64,000 bases of DNA from NCBI GenBank assembly GCA_013239625.1, contig MU053594.1, forward strand, positions 2,174,127 to 2,238,126, given 5' to 3'. Shown here piece by piece: positions 42,683 to 54,255 of this stretch; position 1 is the stretch's first letter, and each line of letters begins with the position of its first letter. A model generated the notes under the pieces. That model made no database searches and was not told the DNA's origin. It saw only the letters and a list, made by a program, of their open reading frames with translations. The translations under genes were made by a program, and so were the position numbers. This stretch comes from Lama guanicoe. Lineage: Eukaryota.

Positions 42683-45600
42683 CTAAGAAAAATGATTCTG
42701 AGGAAAAGAGTAACACATACTAATTGACTTCGCCTGTAAAACTACACAGCAATGATTACTATTCTGCAAAGTGCCATTTATTGCTTCCCTTTGCTTTTTC
42801 ATGATCATGTCATTACTTACATAGGTTCAAAACAAATCTGTCTTTTTCCTACTGGGATATGATTGGATAAAAAAAAAATTGTAACAGAGACCATGCCAAA
42901 AATGTCATTCAAAAACCAGCCTCATTTAATGAGGTACAAGAAGCTCACTATTACGAAACAAAGACTACACTTCAATATGTGGAAACAGTGCCTACAAAAT
43001 CCTCCCAGAAAACTGACCTTGTACCTGCTCTGTGGCGAGGGAAGTCTCAGCCTTGCAGGTAATACAGAATGCTGCTTCCTGCAGCCCAGGATACCGGCAG
43101 ACTTGGAGTCTCAGAGAAAGGAGAACACCCCAGCTATACAGCTACTGCAGGTAAAGCTTGGAAGAGGCAAACTGGATGCCTTTTGTTCCTGGGCATAGAA
43201 AGTCCAGGTGGATGACAGCGATTTAAATACTCCTGAAACGCTGGTGTGATCAAAGAATGCTAGGGGCTTTATGAAGCCTCCAGACAGATGCTAAGTCTTC
43301 AAGCATTAGTATCACATGATGTTCGTTTTTTTTTTTTTTAAACCACACAATGAAGAAATCTTTGCATATTCCTCAACACCTCCTGGGGCTCCTGTGTAAG
43401 TTAAAACTAGCCAAATAGGAAAAACCCACCATGTTAATGATATGAATTAGAAAATTGTTCAACAAACCTGTATGGTCAAGTCTGTCTTCAGGGGCAGGAA
43501 CTGGCAAAGCAAGCAGGAATGATACTTGCCCTGCTGCCCTCTTGGTTAGCACATCAGGTACCACTGTCACAACCACCCCCCACCCCCAACCCCAAACAAA
43601 CAAAAAAGAAACACTGGACATTTGGCATCCCTGAATAAACTAAAAATAAAAGGCAGGCACATTCTGTATAACACCAGCCTCTGAATGAAGACTCGCGCCC
43701 TCCGGGTAAGATGCTAACAACCTAATAAAAACTGCCCTATTCCTGACTTTTGCAATATTGCTGTCTACAGATCAGCAACAACCCTCGTGACATGATAATC
43801 CTGTGAGGAATAAACTGACTGTAAGCTTGGCAACTTCTCATTTTTCCCTCTAAATACCTGCTGTGTTCTTTGTTTGGAGAACCCCGTTGTTCTGACCGAT
43901 GGTCCCCCTTGCAAAATAGTGAAAGTAAAAAGTCTTTTCTTCACGGTTCTGCGTCTTGGTTCTCCTTTCACAATCGGTAATTGTTGATGCTGGGCCAAAG
44001 GTACTTCAGGTCCTCTGACTCTCCTCTCTCATTTTGTGTCTGTCCTTAAATCTGCATAGCAAAAAAAATTAAAATAATATAGAGCGACTCTATATACAGG
44101 ATTGAAGAGAGATTGTTGGTCCTTTCCACGCTTCGTCTCATTTTAGCTAGTTTCCAAACTTGAAGGCTACTTGGAAGCTGTGTTCAATTTTTAAGCACAT
44201 GCTTCTGGTAGAAATGACAAACCATCACAGTGATGGCCCTGGAGCTGGCAGCCTGGAACCAAGGAAAGCTATCTTTGTGGTTGTGAAGCTGGTGTTTTCT
44301 GGCCTCACTAGTGAGGTTAGGTTCCTGAATGTCAAACAAGAATGAAAAGGAGCCAGAGTTTCCGTATTACTTGCTGTGTTCAGTGTGCACGTCAAAAATC
44401 CATCCAAAAGCTATGGCAACTGAAAAATATTTGTTTTAATCAGTGTTTGGGAAACAAATGCTGGTATTTGGCTTCTTCAGCCTTGCTATTGGCAGACCCC
44501 ATTCACAGTAAAGTCCTAGAGCACTCGTGTTGTTTTTTAAAGTCCCATATGGACTTCCTCTGGAAAACCTCTTAGCACACTTCGACATTTTTTGTTTCCT
44601 GGAGGTTCCTTTGGATTTGTCTGGCTCTGGTATCATGATCATTTACTATATTTCCCCTTGAAATATAGAAAGAACATACTTGTTACATTTTGTCATTTGT
44701 ATATTGGACAAGTATCTATTGATCACCTACTGTGTACAAGGCTTCATTCTTGGCACTCTGGAAAGATATGAAAATCAATCAGATAAATATTGTGATCTGA
44801 AGGTACTTTCAGCCCAATCAGGAAGACAAGTGGTGACTCAGGCATTGAACTAGGTGCTGGGATGCAGACGTGAACATACAAAGTTCCTGACTCCATGTTG
44901 CTCCACGTAATTGGGATAGATTGAGTACAGAGGTCAGAGAAGGCCTTATGGAGAGAATAACTTTAAAGATGGAGTCATAAAGGACAAATTAGAGTTAGCC
45001 AGATTAAATGGAGTGGGATGGAAGGTGTCTTTTAAGGAGAGGGAACAGCAAATATGAGTAGGGGTCCTGGATAGGAAAAGGGCTGGTGGTGTTTCTTTGC
45101 AGGTCTACAATTCCAATCTGTCATGGGTCTCAAAGTGGACTGGACTCAGTCTAGAGACAGCATCATGGGAACCAAATAATTGTGGTCTTGTACATAAACA
45201 AGACTAGTAATGATATGTAATGAAATAAATATGCAGACCAGAATGCCCATGACCCAAGTATTTCTCTCCCCGTTGACAGATCTATGGGGAAAACGTAGTT
45301 ATGCTAATTGAGGTTGCTCTGTAATCCTGACATCAGCACTGGACGTGTGCTGCCTGATTCAGAGGTTCCCAGTCTGTGAGTGCTGGTGCATGCGTCTCTG
45401 CATTATGGATGGAACTACCACTGGGGGTAGGTTAGCTGCATTTCAGGGCTTTGTCTCTTAAGTTGTGTTGCACATCCCACCTTGATCTCCATATTTTTCT
45501 CTGTGACTACTTCCTTTCTCTTTTTGGTGCTGGCCATTCAGGTTATGATTGTCATTTTCTTTTTATATATCCAGTCGATTGCGAAGTTTCTTATTAATCC

Positions 45601-45839
45601 TGCTGCCTTAAGTTCTCATGAATCTACCTATTTCTTTTAATTCCTACTGTCTCTGTAATCTCTTGCCTTTGTTATGAACGTTAGTTAACCTCCTAAGGGG
45701 TCACGCTGCCCCTCAATTTTGTTTTCCTCCAATCTCTTCTTTAAACTATGGCCAGGATGAACTTTCTAAAGTAAAAATCTGATCATGTGATATTCCTTTT
45801 AAAAACCCTTGACTCTGTCCCCATAGCCTTTGGGATTAA

Positions 45840-46330
45840 ATCAGTTAGGGTCTTGATAGGAATTTACCCCAGATGGTTTGATGGAAGAGAGTTAAATGAA
45901 AGAATTACTTGCAAATGAACAGATAGGGTTAAGGAAGCAAACAAGGGATGGGAAGGCACCCAGAGTATAGCCACAGGAGGAAGCTGTTACCCCTCCCAGG
46001 GCTGAAGGGACAAGAAGGTGCAGAGTTATTGGTTTGCAGTGAGAGCTAGGGGTGGGTGGCAACTGGTGGAACTTTAACTGCAGAGGGCACAAGTACCACT
46101 GTAGATAAGACACCGAAGCAAGAAGGGAGTGGGGAGGAAATGTCACGATCCTTCCTCCCTCCTGCCCACAGATGACCCACTGAAGATCCCCATTGTCCAA
46201 ATTGGGAAAGCGGCTGGCAAGGAGCTAGGGTGATGCAGCCTGCAGTGGTCAGCTTGCTGGGGCACAGGGGGAGAACATGGATCTGGGCTGGGTCGGGGTG
46301 AGATAATGGCAAATGATGAATAATCAGCAC
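45840..46330. mobile_element. Old LTR remnant (ERVL-type; family uncertain)
   Basis: Starts tcagttagggtc...; purine-rich, LTR-like body ending ...aatcagcaca. Confidence 0.4.
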
Positions 46331-48029
46331 AGGGATTCATAAAAATAGTATCTAGCTTGCTAAACAGTTTTATTACGAGGCTTAAATAAAGAGACATTTG
46401 TGAAAATAGGTTCTTAGTGTATTTACAGAGTGGGTGCTCAGTGAATTACTATCCTTTCCTGTTATGAATCCGAGCCCCTGGAAGAGACTGGAGATCAGCT
46501 GAATGGTTATTAAACTAGTTCTAGTGTTCTCTCTACGCCACTTTATTATTATTACTTCCTATAAGGAGAAACTCAGTGGGGTGTCTGAGCCTCTCCCTTA
46601 TACCCCAAAAGAAGAACTTTCTTTCTTTCTTTCTTTTTAACATTTTTTATTGATTTATAATCATTTTACAACGTTGTATCAAATTCCAGTGTAGAGCACA
46701 ATTTTTCAGTTATACGTGAACATGTGTATATTCATTGTCACATTTCTTTCTCATCAGAACTGGAAACCTGTGATTCTTTTCCCCTCTCCTTCTTTTTATT
46801 TAAAAAAATTTTTTTAATGGTAACTTTCAAACATACATAAAAATAGAATAATACAGTGAACCTCCCTGTGTCTCTCACTCACAATAAGAAACTACCAACC
46901 GTGTGCTAATCTTGTTTCATTCACTCCTCTTTTTTCTTGTTGACATATTTTTAAACAAATCCTAGAAATTAGTTCATTTTACTGTACATCTCTTTAACCC
47001 ATAAGTCCTTTCATCTTTCACAAAACCACTGTGCAATTATTACTTCTAATGAAAACAGAGAAAATCTTTAATTTTATCTAATGCTCAGTCCATTTTCAAT
47101 TTTTTTCAGCTGTCTCAAGATGTGGTTAGTTGGTTTATTTCAGCAACTAAACAAGGCCCCAACGTCTATAATTCCTTTTCATTAAAATTCCAGTCCAAGG
47201 TATTACCTCGCAGGTACTTCTGTGTTCTCCTATGTCCTGTCTATGATGCACCCAGAAGAGGCAGCTCCAAATTCCCCGAGCTGCCAACAGCCCTCCAGTC
47301 CTCCCAGTGGGGCTGAGTCTCTACCTTGAGTCTGGGGAAGGGATGATCTGGGGTGAGTTATCTGCCAAGTGTGACAACTTGCAAGGCTGTCCATACCAGC
47401 TCAATTATTGAAGACTCTTTTATTCACTGCCTCCGGGGTAGCGCTGGGGGTGAAATGGCATAGGGTGGGGGGCTGGGGGCAATTCCTCAGCCTTGATCCT
47501 ACCTAGCTGATTTTGACCTTTAACAAAATTGGCTGTTACAGAGTCTAGATCTACCACCAAGCCCCTTTTGCCCCCTTTCCTTTCCCAGCTGTTATCCAAG
47601 GAAAATGGCTAAAATTCATGCACTGAGATAAAAGGGATATTACAGATTATTAAATCCAACCTTCCAACCCCGGGAGGCCCCCTCTGGTAAGAACTAACAC
47701 CTTTACAGCATGTGGCTGAGGCTCAAAACCGCAGGGTTCCAAATTCTGTCCCCTTTAGGGAGTCATGTGGCCTCTGTGCGAGCTTGGTTGGAGAACGAAG
47801 ACCTTACAATTCTCATTGTTAGCGAGTATCCTGCTGTGTTTCACTGAACTCCCCCTCTCCGCTGGGAGTTTTGCTCTCTTTGGCTCCACAGAACGTCATG
47901 AATTGAGGGGCGGTGGATATAAATCTATAAGAGCTGCAAAATGCACTTCAATTTACAGTAGAAATAGTCCTGCTGCCTCAGTGCAATTATATTAAAAGTG
48001 TGCAGGGCTAGTATCAGCTAATATTAATT

Positions 48030-48500
48030 AGTATTTATTACGTGCTGTTTCCCAGGGCTGCCCTAACAAAGTACCCCAGACCGGGGGGCTTAAGCCACAG
48101 AAATGCATTGTCTCCCAGCTCTGGAGGCTGGAAGTCTGAGATCAGGGTGTTGGCAGGGTTGGCTCTTTCTGAGGGCTGTGAGGTGGGGAGTACCTGTTCC
48201 ATGCTTCTCCCCAGCTTCTGGTGGTGGCCGGCGATCTCTGTGCCCTCTGGCTTGTGGAAGCAACTCCCCAGTCGGCTTTCATCTTCAATATGCCATTCTC
48301 CCTTTGTGAGTGTCTGCGTCTAAGTTTCCCCTTTTTATGAGGACACTGACCACACTGGATTGCAGTCCACCTGAATAACTTCGTTCGCGTTAACTTATTA
48401 CGTCTGCAATGACCCTCTCTCCAAATAAGGTCATGTTTTGAAGTCCTGGGGATTAGGGCTTCCACACATAGATTTTGGTAGACGCAATTCAGCCCGTCAG
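48030..48500 (-). mobile_element. MLT1 (MaLR) solo LTR
   Basis: Motifs cagggctgccctaacaaagtacc...cagctctggaggctggaagtctgagatc...ccaaataaggtca. Confidence 0.85.
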
Positions 48501-48808
48501 TGCTTTGCACATACTTGTGATTTTATTCTCTCAACACTTGTAGGTAGGTGATGTTACTCTCATTTTAAAGATGGGGAAACTGAGTCTTAAATAATTCAGT
48601 GGTTTGTTCAAGATTGCACAGCCAGTAAGAGGCAGAAGCAGGATTTAGAACCTAGACACTCTCCTTCTAGAACCCAGGATTTTAACTACTTTATTGTACT
48701 ATGTTACTTCTCCGTAAGTCATTTTTTACTTCCCTTTCCCTTATAGTTGCAGGAAGTTAATTGTCAGAAACTAATAAACTGAGTAATAAAATTTCTATTG
48801 TACCCTAA

Positions 48809-48827
48809 TGCTGCCACCTGGTGGAGG
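48809..48827 (-). promoter_or_regulatory. CTCF-binding motif
   Basis: Minus strand reads CCTCCACCAGGTGGCAGCA, matching the CTCF core CCACNAGRKGGCAG; lies in apparently non-repetitive DNA. Confidence 0.7.
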
Positions 48828-49469
48828 AAACAATTAAAGCAGCTTCCGGATTCCTATCAAAAGTTGCCTTACACGAAATGCTCACCAGCCTTTTCCTCTA
48901 ATTACACCAGTACAGACAAGCAACTATGAATTCTGCTGGATCCTGCTTTGCCCCAAATTTAAGGCATCTGAGGAAAAGATACGAATAGAATAGCTCAAAT
49001 TTTGAGCCCTTGATGAGCTCAAAATTTTGCTGATTAAAATATGCAACCCATGTTAATAGAAAACTCTTGAGTGCCTATTCTGTGGTAATACATATTTCAC
49101 AGCTTTGTATTTTTGAAACATATACCAGGTCTTAATTCTATTTTGAAAAACTGGTTTCTCCTGATGCCCTGGCTCTAATGACTCATTCTAGACCCTATTT
49201 CATTCTGCTGTTCAGATTCAGGATTTGAAAATAACTTGAGATTAGTTAGCAATCACTAACCAGTTGCTGTTCTTTGAAAGAAAAAAAAAAAGAGAGGACG
49301 CACAGATGAATCAGCTTTGCTGTTTTTCCATATCTGAGCGTGCAGCTTCCTAGGCCTTCATTTGGCACCTACAGTTTGCTGTCCACTATTTGGTTATTAA
49401 TTTATTATTTTATATCAGTGTGGACTCATGGCTTCCTGTTTATCCAATGGGTTATAATCTATAATTACA

Positions 49470-49653
49470 TTTAATTAATTAATTAATTAATTTATTTATA
49501 TTTTTATTGATGTAGTCAGTTTACAATGTTGTATCAATATCTGGTGTACAGCACAGTGCTTCAGTCATATAGGAATATACATATATTTGTTTTCATATTC
49601 TTTTTCACCATAAGTTACTATCAGATACTGAATATAGTTTCCTGTGCTATACA
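49470..49653 (-). mobile_element. 5'-truncated L1 3' end with (ttaa)n tail
   Basis: Same 3' UTR as 3486-3640; flanking tataattac repeat. Confidence 0.75.
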
Positions 49654-51559
49654 GTTATAATTACTAACAGATGCCTCCCTTCCTCTGATTTACCTGATGG
49701 CTTTAGGACCCAAGTGTTCAGGAACAGAAAGGAAGGGAAAGGGAAGGGAGACTAGAAAGAGCTGCACACAACTGAACAAAACCCAATTAAAAAAGAAACC
49801 AAATTATAACAGATTCTCTTTCACTCACTCGTGTTCTGCTGTGGCTTCGTTCCCCACTAGAACGTAAGCTCCATCTCATGTCTCAGTTAGCACGTAGTCA
49901 GCAGTCTGTGTCTAGCACTTAGCATTTCTCCTAACACACAGTAGGTATGCTTAAAACTGCCTTAATGAATGAGTGACATAAGAAAAAAAGAGCTCTGAAG
50001 CCACCCTGTTGGGAAATGTACATAACCTACAACCCAACTTGTCTAAGCCTCAGCCTGACCTCTGGCTGTGTGCCACGGCTAGCACCGTGTGTGGCACATA
50101 GTGGGTGTTCAAGAAATTATTTTTGAGTCGCTGGGCCCAAGGAATTAGCTGATATGTACATCTCACCTATTGTGTGTCACAGTGGGGGAAAAAAAAGCTG
50201 GAAACTATGGTTTTAAATGATGAAACAGGTGGTCTACATTTTCAGATGATACCAGGATAAGTTCAATGTTCAGTCTGAACATAAAACAACATTTAACAAG
50301 TGTTGTTAAATTAGTGAAGGGCAATTATCAGAGATAGAAAGGGAGCTGGTAAATCTGAGGAGGAAAAAAGAAATTGGGTAAGTAAGTAAGACCAGCTGTG
50401 TGCAAACACAAACCAGGGCAATCTGTGAGTCCAGGGGAGCTAAGACACTGACAACAAAAGGACTATGCAGAGGGCTCGCTCTGACTACAACCTAAAGAAT
50501 GGGTCCTCATGGTAAGTTTTAGCGACATAATCAAGTTGTTACCACAGTTCGCCAGCTCCGGATTACTTGTTATGAGGCTTCCTTTTCCCCAGGCAGCCGG
50601 AGTGCTTTTCAAACTAAAATAACTCAGTTACCTCCCCTACCCAGGTGAGTGTGAAAAATGGGTCCTGCAAACTTGTAAGTTGAAATATTTAGGCGATTTG
50701 ACATCAATCTGAAAGATGAACTGTCCATCCATCCAACAAGTATGGATGGTCTGCTCCGTGCGAGGTGCTGTCTGGGGTGCAGGGGGTACACGGCTGACAG
50801 GGCGGATGGGACTCCCACCTTCCTGATGCTTGTAGCCTAGTAGGGGCCAGAGTACAGGGAGACAGGAGAGGATAAAGGGTCATAGAGCCGGGAAGATCTG
50901 AAGCAAAAGTGGGAACTTTGATGTTTGGGATAATAAACCAGTCCTTCTGGGATCACTCTTTTTGCTTGAAATATTGTAACTCCACAAAACACACTTCCCT
51001 GAAGCAGGCATAAATGCTGTTACTACCCACCGTGTTCTCTGCCCCAGGAGGGCAGGCAATTATGCAGGGACCACAATTCATTACTGCTCTGACCCAGACT
51101 AGTTAACTCTGCTTAGTTTGGGCCTCCACGTATGAGAGAGTTACAAACCTTTCAAAAACAAGATAAATGAGGAGTGGTTAAAATAATAAGATTATCAAGC
51201 TGATAGAGGGATGTTACTGACGATTTAAATAACGGCCTTCAGAACTGCATAGGGTAAATGAATGATAAGCCACTTTTCTCTGCCTTTGAGTCTGAAAGTA
51301 TTTGAAACAGATCCCAAAAACAAAAAGGCAAAATCATTAGTATTATTACTAATATTATGTCGATGCTGCAATAAAACAAACACGCAGACAGAACAACGTG
51401 TATATCAGAGCTGGGAACACGCATAAGCCCAGAAGCCAAGATTCAAACTTCGCTTTTAGATCTTTCCAAGTTTGGTTGTCAGGAGAAAGAAAAAAGGTCC
51501 CTCGAGGCCACATGCAGAGGAAGGTCTGCAGACACAGACTAACATTCTGTTTCCTGCTT

Positions 51560-51565
51560 TTTATT
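51560..51565 (-). terminator. Candidate LAYN polyadenylation signal (AATAAA)
   Basis: About 480 nt after the stop codon; GU-rich gtctgtgtctg follows about 20-30 nt downstream on the minus strand. Confidence 0.5.
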
Positions 51566-51849
51566 TGATTTGATTCCTTGGGAAAAAAAAACAGATATAA
51601 GAGTCACTGATGCACAGGTCAGCGTGATGCTAGCACACATGGGCTTTGAAAAGCTCCTGCCATTTCTGTCTCTTTGTGATTCTGTGCACTGCTGTTCAGA
51701 GCAAGAAAAACAAAGCTGGAGGTTGATTTCCCGAACTCCACAGCCGCAGCCTTTTCCCCGCCAATGAAAGCACTGTCTCTTGATAGTCACTTCCGACGAG
51801 CAGTTATTTTACTTTCTACGATGTGCCAGACCCTGGGCAAGGCGCTATC

Positions 51850-52560
51850 TCAGCAGTCGGAGCGGGTGAGGGGCTGGGATAAGGGGTACAGCCCACACTG
51901 GGGATCCAGCAGGGGCTGTCGGGGTCTCATGCTCACCCCCAGGACCTGACCTGAGCGCTGTCGTGGGCCTTCTGAGTATTTTCCTTATAGAAAATAGGAG
52001 AATTTTGCTTTTCTCGTCTCCCTCATTCCTGTCCGTGCATCCTAATAACCGTAGATTTCATTTTCCACCCAGCCAGACTCCTTGCTCCTCCCCGCTCGGT
52101 CCGGGGAGAACTCGTACACGTCGTTGGTCACGAAGCCGCCCTCCACGCTCACCAGCGTCACGAAGCCGCTCTCGGACGGGTTCACAGCCATGTTGTCGTA
52201 GTCACAAGACACGGCGTCGGGAGTGGCTTCTCCCGATCGCACTCGGAATGAAATGTTCTTCGCGTCTGGCCGCGTGTCGGCCAAGTCCGCCTCGCTTTGC
52301 TTCCGTATGACGTTGTAAACCTCCAGGTCCGGGCTGTTCCCGGGCTGAGCGGCGGGCCAGCGGGGATGCTGCGCCTTCGAGCTGGGGCCCGGCTGCTCCC
52401 GGCTCCTAGGAGGAGAGGGAACCAGGGCTGAGCAGGCAAGGGGGCCGGGGCATCCCGTGCCTCCCGTCCTGGGCGGAGGGCGCCACCCCGGGCAGTCGCT
52501 GCACGCTGCGCTTCTCACCTACAGGTGGGGGCTGCGGGGTGGGGCGGGGCTAAAACAGGA
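51850..52560. promoter_or_regulatory. CpG-rich island over the LAYN last exon
   Basis: Dense CpGs against AT-rich flanks; GC box ggggcggggc at 52541-52550. Confidence 0.65.
52042..52405 (-). CDS. LAYN: LAYN terminal coding exon, cytoplasmic tail (...SPDLEVYNVIRKQSEADLA...ESGFVTLVSVEGGFVTNDVY...ESGWVENEIYGY*)
   Basis: Acceptor tcctag|G; stop TAG at 52044-52042; layilin ESG(F/W)V repeats and C-terminal NEIY motif. Confidence 0.96.
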
Positions 52561-52604
52561 AAGTGGCCCTTGTATCTATCAGCCACTGCTGCCAGAGCAC
52601 GGAA

Positions 52605-53080
52605 CAGTGGTGGTGATCCTGGGACCCCCAGAGCCCCCAGAGGGTCCACGGATAGAACTGCATAAGGGAAGATACCGCATTAAAAAAAAATTTCTAAGTG
52701 AAATTTCCCCTGTCCTTCAATTCTGAATGTGGGCAGTCAGCCTGAGGGGAAGCAGTAATACCTTTGACTTGATCACCAACAAAAATCATAGACATTTTCA
52801 TATCACATCACAGTTCTTATTTAAGATGCCTTAATATATTTTATGCTCATCTCTACGTCAGTATTACACCCACCACTAAATTAATAAAGAAGCCCATGTA
52901 TTACTATTTCACATTCATGTTTGGAAATACCTTGCTAAACTATACATCAATGTTATTGCTTCCCTTGCAATCTGATGTATTTCATTTTATGCATTTAAAA
53001 TATTGTTCTGGGAAGGGGTCCACAGGCTTCACCAGATTGCTACAGGGGTCTTTGTCACAAAAAGAGTTAAAAATCCCTGA
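52605..53080. mobile_element. hAT/Charlie-like non-autonomous element
   Basis: cagtgg...cccctg-type termini with ggggtccacagg...aaagagttaaaaatccctg. Confidence 0.45.
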
Positions 53081-53197
53081 AATAGACTCCAGCGTTAAAG
53101 TCACAATTCCCAAATCGTGGTGGTGAGGCGCTAAATAGAGTAAGGAAAGGAAATCAAGAACCAACTGCAGAGCAAGCAGTTAAAAAATATATTTGCA

Positions 53198-53335
53198 GAG
53201 GGGAGGGTATAGCTCAGTGGTAGAGTGTGTGCTTAGCATGCACCAGGCCCTGGGCTCAATCCCCAGTACCTGCATTAAAAATAAGTAAATAAATAAATAA
53301 ACCTAATTACCTACCCCTACCTCCCCCCAAAAGAC
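53198..53335 (+). mobile_element. tRNA-Ala-derived SINE (vic-1-like)
   Basis: Head ggggagggtatagctcagtggtagag; TSD aatata(t/c)ttgca. Confidence 0.9.
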
Positions 53336-53424
53336 AATATACTTGCAATTTTTTGAACTGAATTCTGTTTTTACATGAAAAGGAGTTAACTAATAAAAAT
53401 GATCATCTTAAGAGATAACATGTT

Positions 53425-53522
53425 TCTTTAATTTTTTTGTTTTAATGGAAGTGCTGGAGATTGAACCCAGGACCTCATGCCTACTAAGCATGTGCTCTAC
53501 CACTGAGCTATACCCACCCCCT
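53425..53522 (-). mobile_element. tRNA-Ala-derived SINE (vic-1-like)
   Basis: Reverse-complement head ...ctctaccactgagctataccc; T-rich tail. Confidence 0.88.
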
Positions 53523-54152
53523 CATGAGAGAACTTTTTTTGAGAGCTTACTGTATACCTGTTCTGTGTATATTAACTGCTTTAATTCTTCTACTAATCCT
53601 ATAAGGAAGTTGTTATTAAATGAAGTAGGTTCTACATTGGAATCTTACTAATTTGTCTTAAATTGGCCATCTAGGGAGTCAAGTCTTAAACTGTACCTTT
53701 GTTTTCCTATTGTAAAATGACAATGCCAGTCTTCTTCTATGTGTACCATGATGATGGGGAATAAAAAGGTAGCTGAGAAGAGCTCTGGGTACTTCAAAAA
53801 TGGTGGCCCATGATCCATTAACAAAGGACAGACATTTCTGCAGTGAGAGCACACATTTCTGAGAGCACTTTGCTGAGTGGCATGTGGGAACCCTGGTGAA
53901 CGCAGTCTCCCCTCACGTCATGTAAAATCGTTCACAAAAATTAAAGAATGTAAGATCATCCTCTTAATCATAGCTAAGCGCACATGCTTAGTATTTCTGA
54001 GTGCCCTGAGCTCGCTGGAGAATTTACTCTCAAATCTACAGCGGTGATTCTCTGGGAGCTGCCATGGCTTTTAATGAAGTAAAGAGGGCAATGTCCAAAA
54101 TCTCAAAGAGTTCAGAAGACACAAAGATTTACATGATGAAGGTGTTACTTGC

Positions 54153-54255
54153 CTCCTTCTACAGATCCAAACCCAACATACACCGGCGGTGACCACAAGG
54201 AGGAGGAGAAGGGGGATGCTGGGGACGAGGATGTAGGCAAGATTCAAGGCAGCTT
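54153..54255 (-). CDS. LAYN: LAYN transmembrane exon (103 nt; EAALNLAYILVPSIPLLLLLVVTAGVCWVWICRR)
   Basis: Acceptor tttcag|AA; hydrophobic helix followed by basic residues; non-canonical donor AG|gcaagt is needed to keep frame. Confidence 0.93.

Noticed and set aside
43325..43340. T-run as the poly(A) tail of a processed pseudogene
   Set aside because: No minus-strand AATAAA at the proper distance, no TSD found, and no parent gene recognised
52406..52518. N-terminal part of the 158-aa ORF at 52042-52518
   Set aside because: It lies upstream of the splice acceptor and is intronic
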